Origin: Gemmatimonadales bacterium
Lineage (GTDB): Bacteria; Gemmatimonadota; Gemmatimonadetes; Gemmatimonadales; GWC2-71-9
Length of the DNA: 64,000 bases
Assembly: GCA_044869265.1 (NCBI GenBank)
Contig: JBIOXD010000050.1
Location: forward strand, 42,369 to 106,368
Direction: 5' to 3'
Shown here: positions 57,677-64,000 of the stretch, piece by piece
How the letters are laid out: every line of letters starts with the position of its first letter
Numbering within the stretch: the stretch's first letter is position 1
Translations under genes and position numbers: made by a program
The notes under the pieces: model-generated
What the model was told of the DNA's origin: nothing
Seen by the model: the letters and a program-made list of their open reading frames with translations, nothing else
The model's database searches: none

Positions 57677-58018
57677 TCAGGAAAGGGCGAGGGGTGGGGC
57701 TCGGGGGGCTCGGGCGGGTGTCAGCCGGACGATGGGTGGGACCGATACAACCGGTTGCGGATGCGTGAGGTGCCCGCCGGCAACGGGCGTTTCGATAATG
57801 ACGACGTGCTGGGGAACCACCCGCGTGGTCATGTAGTTGCACAGCGCGCAGCGCAGCTCGTCATGGAGGACCGGACAGCGCCCAGTGTGATTCGCTTCAA
57901 CACCGGCTTGCGCCACCACCACGTCGCGCGCGTGCGCGAGCGTGACGGCACCGCCGCCAAGCACCTGAAGAGCCAGGAGGATCGCCAGCAGCACGCGCGT
58001 CAGCATGGTCTCCTTCAT
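57677..58018 (-). CDS. Small secreted Cys/His-motif protein (paralog of 50531..50881)
   Basis: Signal MLTRVLLAILLALQVLGGGAVTLAHA. Motif VE-x6-C-x3-H-x4-C-A-x-C-x-Y-M-T and a C-terminal ARAPRAPP tail. The ATG overlaps the nfo stop (ATGA). Confidence 0.45.
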   Translation of the reverse strand: MKETMLTRVLLAILLALQVLGGGAVTLAHARDVVVAQAGVEANHTGRCPVLHDELRCALCNYMTTRVVPQHVVIIETPVAGGHLTHPQPVVSVPPIVRLTPARAPRAPPLALS

Positions 58019-58881
58019 ACGCCAACCACTGCGCGGCTGTTGCCACGGGCGTAGGCGCGCAGCCGCCGCAACATGCGGCGGTCGTGCCGCAGCGGGTCAT
58101 CCCGCTTGGGCGTCTCGATAATCTTAACAACATCCTGCAGCGCGGCGTCCCGCATGATGCGCCGAAAGGGTTCCGGCCCGATCCTGCCGTCGCCAATCCA
58201 TTCATGGCGATCGACGCGCGATCCGGCAGCCGCGCGCGAGTCGTTGAGATGCAAGCACTTAAGTAGATCGAACCCGATCACACGATCGAATTCTTCCCAG
58301 ATCGCCTCCACACGCGTGAGATCGTACCCCACAGCGTGCAAGTGCGCCGTGTCGAGGCAAAACCCGACCCGCGTCCGAATCTCGTCAGGCAACGCGTTGC
58401 GGAGATCGCGGAGCTGCTCGAACGTCGCACCGAGCGCGGTCCCCGATCCGGCCGTGCCTTCAATCCACACCTGCAGATCGCCGGGCATGGAGGCCAAACA
58501 CACGGCGTATGCGCCGGCGTTGCGCTCCAATCCGGCATCCCGATCGTCCATGTAGTTGCCGGGATGCGATACCACGGCGCGCAACCCGAGCGCGCGCGAT
58601 CGCTCCAGCTCGTTCTTGAAGCTCCGCATGCTGCGCGCGCGCAGCACGGGATCGGGTGACGCCAGATTGATCAAGTAGCTATCGTGTGCGATAACCGCTT
58701 CGAGGCGATGACGGGTCACCTCGGTGCGGAAGCGCTCGACCATGGTCGTCTCGAGCGCCGGCTCGCGCCACTGATTGGGCGTCTTGGTAAACAGCTGGAT
58801 GGCGGTCGCGCGCAGCGCCCGGCCGCGCTGGGGTGCGGTCGCCACACCGCCTTGACTCGACACGTGCGCACCGAGGATCAC
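58015..58881 (-). CDS. nfo: Deoxyribonuclease IV (endonuclease IV)
   Basis: ILGAHVSSQGG, AIQLFTKTPNQW, HDSYLINLAS, VSHPGN, CLDTAHL, LHLNDS motifs. The GTG at 58881 overlaps the pcm stop (GTGA). The remainder of the 472-aa ORF is a frame artefact. Confidence 0.9.
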   Translation of the reverse strand: MILGAHVSSQGGVATAPQRGRALRATAIQLFTKTPNQWREPALETTMVERFRTEVTRHRLEAVIAHDSYLINLASPDPVLRARSMRSFKNELERSRALGLRAVVSHPGNYMDDRDAGLERNAGAYAVCLASMPGDLQVWIEGTAGSGTALGATFEQLRDLRNALPDEIRTRVGFCLDTAHLHAVGYDLTRVEAIWEEFDRVIGFDLLKCLHLNDSRAAAGSRVDRHEWIGDGRIGPEPFRRIMRDAALQDVVKIIETPKRDDPLRHDRRMLRRLRAYARGNSRAVVGV

Positions 58882-59561
58882 AACTCTTCCGTAAACGCCA
58901 GACGGGAGATCAGGGGAACGAACCGCACACCGCCCGCGCGGCGGTGTTTGATGGGGCCGCCGTTCATCGGCCGCTCCAGAACCACCAACTCTTGTGATGC
59001 TAGGTTGCCCACCGGGATCACCAGACGCCCTCCAGGGGCTAGTTGACCCAGGAGGGGCTCGGGAATGCGCGGCGCGGCGGCCGCGACGATGATGCCGTCG
59101 AAGGGCGCTGCGTCGGGCCATCCCGGCGCGCCGTCGCCGAGCTGCGTTTCGATATTGTCGAGACCGAGCCTGCGAAACCGCTCTTCCGCTTCGACGAGCA
59201 AATCGGGAAGCCGTTCGATCGTGAAGATCCTGCCGGCAGATACGAGCCGTGCCAGCACGGCCGTCTGATATCCCGAGCCTGTGCCGATTTCGAGAATGCG
59301 ATCCGCGCGTCGCGGTTGCAGCTCCTGGATCATGAGCGCGACGACGAAGGGCTGTGAAATTGTTTGCCCGCTGCCAATGGGCAGCGGCGCGTCGTTGTAG
59401 GCGTCGGCGGCGAGATGCGGCGGCAGAAACCACTCACGCGGCACCCAGCGCATCGCCGCAAGCAGCCGTTCATTGCGAATGCCGCGGCTGGCGAGCTGGC
59501 GCACGACCATGCGCGTGCGTGCGGCGAGTGTGTCCGCGGCTGGATGTGCTTGCCCGGGCAT
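58878..59561 (-). CDS. pcm: Protein-L-isoaspartate O-methyltransferase
   Basis: AMRWVPREWF, GQTISQPFVVALM, ILEIGTGSGYQTAVLA, DGIIVAAAAP. Start set to MPGQAHP (59561). Confidence 0.9.
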   Translation of the reverse strand: MPGQAHPAADTLAARTRMVVRQLASRGIRNERLLAAMRWVPREWFLPPHLAADAYNDAPLPIGSGQTISQPFVVALMIQELQPRRADRILEIGTGSGYQTAVLARLVSAGRIFTIERLPDLLVEAEERFRRLGLDNIETQLGDGAPGWPDAAPFDGIIVAAAAPRIPEPLLGQLAPGGRLVIPVGNLASQELVVLERPMNGGPIKHRRAGGVRFVPLISRLAFTEEL

Positions 59562-59580
59562 GGGATGAACTATAGCCGCG

Positions 59581-59728
59581 TGCGCCGTGCGCCGTGAGCC
59601 GTACGCCGTTGCCATTCCGGCGCACTGCGCACGGCTCACACCGCACGTTTTAGGGCGGCGCACTGCGGACGGCGCACGGCGCGCGTTTTAGTCCGGCGCA
59701 CTGCGCACGGCTCACGGCGCACGTTTAG
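59581..59728. repeat. ~37-bp tandem repeat x3 (built from GCGCAC-type heptads, each ending CGTTTTAG) preceded by one inverted partial copy
   Basis: Units at 59617-59653, 59654-59691 and 59692-59728 (ccggcgcactgcgcacggctcacaccgcacgttttag and variants). An inverted copy gcgtgcgccgtgcgccgtgagccgtacgcc lies at about 59579-59608. Confidence 0.9.
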
Positions 59729-60834
59729 TCAAGCGTCTTCTGGAATCGCCGCACCGAAAGCGCAATCAGAAGCAGCGCGAAGGCCAGCAGGATTGCCATT
59801 TCCCGCCACAGCTCGGGCACGCCGACTCCTTTCAGCAGGATGCCGCGCAGCACCTTGAGGAAATGCGTCAGCGGCAGGAACGCCCCGATCCATTGGAACA
59901 GCGCGGGCATCGCCTGCCGGGGAAACATGAAGCCCGAGAGCAGAATGTTGGGGAGTACGAAAAAGAAGCTTGCCTGCATCGCCTGCTGCTGGGTACGCAC
60001 GAGCGTCGAAATGAACAGGCCCATCGCCAGGCTGGCCACGATGAACAGGAGCGCGATCCCGTAGAACAACAACACGTTGCCGGTGAGCGGCACGTCGAAC
60101 ACAAACCGGCCGAGCAGCAGCACGGTGGTCATTTGGACGAGGCCGACGCCCACGTAGGGCGCGATCTTGCCGAGCATGAGCTCGGTTTTCGTGATCGGTG
60201 TGACGATGAGCTGCTCGAGCGTGCCCCGCTCGCGCTCGCGCACGATCGCCATCGCGGTCACCAGCACCATGGTCATCGTGAGGATGACGCCCACGAGGCC
60301 CGGCACGATGTAATTGGGGCTACGTAAACCGGGGTTGTAGCGCGGTCGCACCCGCGCTTCCAGCGGAAGCGCGGTGCGATGCGCCGCGGCAGACAGAATC
60401 GCGAGGTTGCGCATCTGCGCGACGCCCGCCGCGGCCGCAAGTGCGGCCTGGGACGACAGGGGATCGGACGCATCGACGATGACCTGGACCAGCGCGGTCG
60501 TGCCGCGGGCCAGGTCGCGCGGGAAGTCATACGGGATCGCGATTCCCGCCTGGGCGTCGCCCTTGGCGATCCATTCGTCCAGCGCCTCGCGGCTATCGAC
60601 GTGCGCCACGATGCGAAAGTTGCCCGTGTTCTCGAAGTCAGCGATCAGGTCCCGGCTCGTCGGCGTGCGCGATTCATCGAAGACGACGGTGGGGATGTGG
60701 CGCACGTCCGTCTGGATTGCGAACCCGAACAGCAGCAGCTGGATGACGGGGACGCCAACCATAATTCCCAACGTGAGGCGGTCCCGGCGCATCTGAATGA
60801 ATTCCTTGCGGAACATCGGGATGAAGAGCTTCAC
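59725..60834 (-). CDS. ABC-2 type exporter permease
   Basis: FRKEFIQMRRDRLTLGIMVGVPVIQLLLFGFAI, a large extracytoplasmic loop, then 5 C-terminal TM segments. The GTG at 60834 overlaps the ATPase stop (GTGA). Confidence 0.85.
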   Translation of the reverse strand: MKLFIPMFRKEFIQMRRDRLTLGIMVGVPVIQLLLFGFAIQTDVRHIPTVVFDESRTPTSRDLIADFENTGNFRIVAHVDSREALDEWIAKGDAQAGIAIPYDFPRDLARGTTALVQVIVDASDPLSSQAALAAAAGVAQMRNLAILSAAAHRTALPLEARVRPRYNPGLRSPNYIVPGLVGVILTMTMVLVTAMAIVRERERGTLEQLIVTPITKTELMLGKIAPYVGVGLVQMTTVLLLGRFVFDVPLTGNVLLFYGIALLFIVASLAMGLFISTLVRTQQQAMQASFFFVLPNILLSGFMFPRQAMPALFQWIGAFLPLTHFLKVLRGILLKGVGVPELWREMAILLAFALLLIALSVRRFQKTLD

Positions 60835-61577
60835 AGGCCCTGCTCCTGCTCGTCCCGCTGCTGCAGGATGATGAACGCGTCTTCGAGGTCTGCGCCGCCC
60901 ACCTGCCTGGCGACCTCGTCTGGTGTCCCCAGGGCGATGAGATGGCCGTGGCTGAGGAGCGCGAGTCGGCCGCACCGTCCCGCCTCATCCATGTAGTGCG
61001 TCGTGACGATGACGGTCGTGCCACGCTCCCCCAACTGTTTGATCGTCTGCCAGAACCCCCGTCGCGCAGCCGGGTCCACGCCAGCGGTGGGCTCATCGAG
61101 AAACAACACGCGAGGTTGGTGCATCAGGGCGCACGCAAGACCGAGCCGCTGTTTCCAGCCGCCCGACAACGTTCCGGCGAGCTGGTTGAGCCGCCGGTCC
61201 AGCCCCAAGAACGCGACGACTTCGGCAATGCGGCCGCGGCGACTGGGTCCCTCCAGCCCGTAGATCCCGCCGTAGAAATCCATGTTCTCGGCGACCGTCA
61301 GATCCTCGTACAAGCCGAACCGCTGCGACATGTAGCCGATCAGCTCTTTGATCTTGTCGGGTGATTCGCGCACGTCGACGCCCGCGACGATGGCCGTTCC
61401 TTCGGTTGGAGCGATCAACCCACACAGCATCCGGATCGTGGTGGTCTTGCCCGAACCATTCGGACCGAGCAACCCAAAGACTTCACCCGTGGCAATGGTG
61501 AGGTTGAGATCGCGCACCGCGACGATCGGGCCGAAGTGCCGGGTGAGGTGGCGCGTTTCGACAGCGACGGCGCTCAC
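60831..61577 (-). CDS. ABC transporter ATP-binding protein (ABC-2 exporter partner)
   Basis: GLLGPNGSGKTTT, LSGGWKQRL, LLFLDEPTAGVD. Confidence 0.92.
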   Translation of the reverse strand: MSAVAVETRHLTRHFGPIVAVRDLNLTIATGEVFGLLGPNGSGKTTTIRMLCGLIAPTEGTAIVAGVDVRESPDKIKELIGYMSQRFGLYEDLTVAENMDFYGGIYGLEGPSRRGRIAEVVAFLGLDRRLNQLAGTLSGGWKQRLGLACALMHQPRVLFLDEPTAGVDPAARRGFWQTIKQLGERGTTVIVTTHYMDEAGRCGRLALLSHGHLIALGTPDEVARQVGGADLEDAFIILQQRDEQEQGL

Positions 61578-62467
61578 GGCAACAACGGTATCTCGACCCG
61601 CACCGGCAGACCGGCCTTCAGGCGTCCTTCATTGTCATCAATCGCGACCTTGATTCCAAAGACGAGATCCGCCCGCTCGCGCTCGGTTAGGGCCGCCCGA
61701 GGCGTGAATTCGGCGCGGGGCGCGATCTCCGTCACGTGTCCGCTGAACGCCTGCGAATAGCCATCGACCTGGATCTTCACAGCCAAACCGACCTTGAGCC
61801 GCGCCACGAACCGTTCCCCGACGTAGGCGCGGATCCAGGGCGCGCGCACCAGGCCGATCGAAACGACCGGTACGCCGACGGCGATCATCTCCCCCCGCTC
61901 GGCGAAACGCGTCAGGACGATCCCGTCCGCCGGCGCGATCAAGACCAATTGATCGCGGATCGCCTCGGTAACCTGGACGGCCGCACGGGCCGCCTGCGAT
62001 TCGCGGACCGCGGCCCGGACCGATTGAAGCCGCGCGGCGGCCGCCGACGCGGAAGTCTGCGCGCGGTCCAGATCCTGAGGGGAATTAATGCCCTGCGCCC
62101 GCAGCACGCGGGCGCGCGCGAGATCGTTGGCGGCGCGTTCACTGTCGGCTACAGCGGCACGGATCTCTGCGGTGCGGGCCGACGCCGCTTCCGCGAGGGC
62201 GCGGCGTTGTTCGATCATCGCCTCGAGCCCCGGCTGTTCGAGCACCGCCACGGTATCACCGGCGCGCACCGAGTCGCCCTCATCCTTGAGCAGGCGCTCC
62301 AAACGCCCCGACGCCAGCGGGCTGAGGCGGACTTCGCGGATTTCGACCGTGCCGGCAACGGTGAGGGTGTTGCCCGAGCTACCGCATGCCGCCAGGAGCG
62401 CCGCGGTCGCGAGCGCTACCGTGGCGTCGAGGGCCGAGTGGCGCGGGGACGCGGTGCGCGTAGCCAA
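61574..62467 (-). CDS. HlyD-family membrane fusion (periplasmic adaptor) lipoprotein
   Basis: Lipobox LLAAC. Barrel-sandwich and coiled-coil pattern (VAGTVEIREVRLSP..., LIAPADGIV). TTG start at 62467. Confidence 0.8.
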   Translation of the reverse strand: MATRTASPRHSALDATVALATAALLAACGSSGNTLTVAGTVEIREVRLSPLASGRLERLLKDEGDSVRAGDTVAVLEQPGLEAMIEQRRALAEAASARTAEIRAAVADSERAANDLARARVLRAQGINSPQDLDRAQTSASAAAARLQSVRAAVRESQAARAAVQVTEAIRDQLVLIAPADGIVLTRFAERGEMIAVGVPVVSIGLVRAPWIRAYVGERFVARLKVGLAVKIQVDGYSQAFSGHVTEIAPRAEFTPRAALTERERADLVFGIKVAIDDNEGRLKAGLPVRVEIPLLP

Positions 62468-63669
62468 TTGCCCGGATCCAGCGCGATGCCGCCCTGGCCC
62501 CGGATCTCGAAGTGCAGGTGCGGACCCTCGTCGCTCGATTCACCACCCACGTGGCCGATTACCTGTCCACGGATCACACGTTCTCCCTGCCTGACCGTCG
62601 CATCGTTGAGATAGGCGTACACCGTGTAATAGCCGCCGCCGTGGTCGATGAGCACCGACGTGAGATACAGTCCGAGGCTTCCCGCGAGACTGACCGTCCC
62701 GGGCGCGACGGCGCGAACCGCGGTTCCCACCGGCGCCTTGATGCCGATCCCATGGCGCGGAATGCGCGTGTTGTTGGGCCCCGTCGTCGTCCCAAACGGG
62801 TAGATGATCTGCCCCTCGACCGGCCAATCGAGGGCGCCGAGATCCGCCGTGGTAATCGATCCCGTCGCTGCGGTAGTGCCGCGCGACTCGGCTTCGCGCC
62901 GCGCCCGTTCCAGCGCTTCGATCCGGTCGTTGAGCGTGCGCTCGTCCCGCTCGAGTCGTGTGAGCCGCTGCTGCGCCTGACGGGCGCTGCGTCGTGTTTC
63001 GCGAAGGCTGCTCTCGCGCGCCTGCTCGAGCGAGACGTAGCGCCCGAGCTCGTCGGTCCGCTCGCGCCGGCGGCGGGCCAGCGTTTCGCGCGAGTCGACC
63101 AACAGCTGTCGCTGGCGTGCCACGCGGTCGCGCAGCTTTTCAACATCGTTGGCAAGCAGGCGGTCCTGGCGACTCACCAGACTGAGATACTTATACCGCG
63201 AGAGGAGGTCCCCGAAGCTCTCGGCCGCGAAGTAGACCTGCCAGCTGTAGAGCGGCCCGCGCTTGTAAATCTCGACGAAGCGCCGTTCCAGTACGGCGCG
63301 CTTTTCGAGCAGTGCATCTTGCGCGATCAGCAGATCGACCGTGATCTGATCGATCTGCCCGCCAAGCCCCGTGATCTGGCGGTCCAACTCGTTGACGATG
63401 CGATTCGTGCTTTGCCTCTGACGCTCGATATTCGAGATCTCGTCAGTGAGCGAGTGTGCCTGAGTGCGCAACCGGGCCAGCTCCTGCTCTACTTGCGACC
63501 GCTCGCGCCGGATGTCCTCGAGTCGGCGCTGGTTGTCCTGCATTTGCTGGTGGTAGGTCGGGCGCTGGGCGTGCAACGGGACACGGGAAACGGGAAACGT
63601 GAAAAGCACGAGACAAGTGACAAGCAGCCCCGTGTCCCGTTTCCCGTTTCCCGCTTCCCGTGACTTCAT
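62416..63669 (-). CDS. envC: EnvC-like coiled-coil M23 peptidase-domain protein
   Basis: Long coiled coil, then an M23/LytM domain (HGIGIKAPVGTAVRAVAPGTV...IDHGGGYYTVYAYL...GPHLHFEI). ATGA overlap with ftsX. Confidence 0.85.
   Translation of the reverse strand: MKSREAGNGKRDTGLLVTCLVLFTFPVSRVPLHAQRPTYHQQMQDNQRRLEDIRRERSQVEQELARLRTQAHSLTDEISNIERQRQSTNRIVNELDRQITGLGGQIDQITVDLLIAQDALLEKRAVLERRFVEIYKRGPLYSWQVYFAAESFGDLLSRYKYLSLVSRQDRLLANDVEKLRDRVARQRQLLVDSRETLARRRRERTDELGRYVSLEQARESSLRETRRSARQAQQRLTRLERDERTLNDRIEALERARREAESRGTTAATGSITTADLGALDWPVEGQIIYPFGTTTGPNNTRIPRHGIGIKAPVGTAVRAVAPGTVSLAGSLGLYLTSVLIDHGGGYYTVYAYLNDATVRQGERVIRGQVIGHVGGESSDEGPHLHFEIRGQGGIALDPGNWLRAPRPRATRPSTPR
63578..63660. repeat. 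Inverted heptad arrays: GGGACAC GGGAAAC GGGAAAC, 32-nt spacer, GTGTCCC GTTTCCC GTTTCCC GCTTCCC
   Basis: Direct reading of 63578-63599 and 63632-63660. The arms can pair over 21 nt with 2 mismatches. They lie in codons 4-31 of envC. Confidence 0.9.
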
Positions 63670-64000
63670 ACGCGCTTGAGATGTCGTCCCACGCTCGTCG
63701 CGCTTCCAAGGAGTCCGATGAGGGCTCCGAATCCGACGATGGCGGCTGCCTGTTCCTTGGTAAAGAAAGCCGACTGCAGGAGGTAGCGGTTGATGAGCAC
63801 GTAGGCGACAAACGACAGGCCGACCGCCACCGCGCCGCCGAGCAATCCCTTGATTGCGCCCTGGAGCAGGAACGGCCGCCGGATGAACCCGTCGGTGGCG
63901 CCGACCAGTCGCATGATCGCGATCTCTCGGCTGCGCTGCAGGACCGCCATGCGGATCGTGGTGCCGATGATGATGATCGCGACCACCGCGAAGGCCGCGC
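63666..64000 (-). CDS. ftsX: Cell division ABC-transporter-like permease FtsX, C-terminal part (5' end outside the window)
   Basis: EIAIMRLVGATDGFIRRPFLLQGAIKGLLGG and the two final TM segments. The frame stays open to the window edge. Confidence 0.88.
   Translation of the reverse strand, partial: AAFAVVAIIIIGTTIRMAVLQRSREIAIMRLVGATDGFIRRPFLLQGAIKGLLGGAVAVGLSFVAYVLINRYLLQSAFFTKEQAAAIVGFGALIGLLGSATSVGRHLKRV

Noticed and set aside
58882-59433. N-terminal ~184 codons of the 472-aa ORF 58015..59433
   Set aside because: This stretch overlaps pcm in another frame and is Arg-rich nonsense. Endonuclease IV homology begins at ILGAHVSS, so nfo is started at the GTG at 58881.
59617-59728. Possible CRISPR array, because each unit ends in GTTTTAG
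   Set aside because: The units are directly adjacent with no unique spacers. There are only three copies and no cas genes in the window. It is treated as a tandem repeat.
62512-63663. 383-aa ORF on the plus strand (similar cases at 37046..37987, 6724..7659 and 33741..34697)
   Set aside because: These are antisense to the envC-like, kinase, nupC and holB genes respectively. None has a recognisable domain.

Overview
High-GC (about two-thirds G+C by eye) bacterial chromosomal segment with very tight gene packing. Many stop/start overlaps of the TGATG, GTGA or ATGA type. The protein repertoire (Oar-type TonB-dependent receptors with carboxypeptidase-regulatory N-domains, a DUF5916/CBM9-like outer-membrane protein, a four-helix-bundle IVS/Avd-like protein, CHAD next to ppk) suggests a Gemmatimonadota- or Acidobacteriota-like soil bacterium; this is inference only. 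I support about 58 protein genes and 2 tRNAs (Lys-UUU, Asn-GUU). I found no rRNA, CRISPR array, IS element, integrase or prophage.

Main blocks:
- 1-2004: polyphosphate genes (ppk1 3' end, CHAD, SixA).
- 2055-8726: four-cistron nucleotide scavenging operon (tandem 3'/5'-nucleotidase, adenosine deaminase, NupC, PNP).
- 8878-19062: envelope and miscellaneous genes, including a D1-only Clp-like AAA+ gene overlapping an HExxH lipoprotein gene.
- 19124-22732: conserved ffh-rpsP-rimM-trmD-rplS-rnhB block. rimM is truncated and lacks a canonical start.
- 22709-29272: PolX, an Oar-like receptor, a tandem cupredoxin-like lipoprotein, and an Avd-like gene next to tRNA-Lys.
- 29345-34787: ilvE, two unknown small genes coupled to an MltD-like transglycosylase, a second SLT gene, moaC, holB.
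- 35066-46593: PAS/GAF hybrid kinase, tRNA-Asn, EamA, uvrA, flippase-like protein, triple-FHA protein, PP2C, SAMHD1-like HD protein.
- 46612-50450: pckA-maeB.
- 50531-58018: metal-uptake island (TonB receptor, ZnuA/ZnuB-like, porin-like OMPs, HExxH lipoprotein, two paralogous small Cys/His secreted proteins; no ABC ATPase).
- 58015-64000: nfo, pcm, an ABC-2/HlyD exporter, envC-ftsX.

The least explained signal is non-genic. Several loci carry short tandem units (7, 10 or ~37 nt), often as a direct array facing an inverted array of the same unit. They lie in intergenic regions and inside coding regions, and two unit families recur at distant loci. No single obvious novel multi-gene system (for example a defence island) can be demonstrated from sequence alone; candidates are listed with modest scores.
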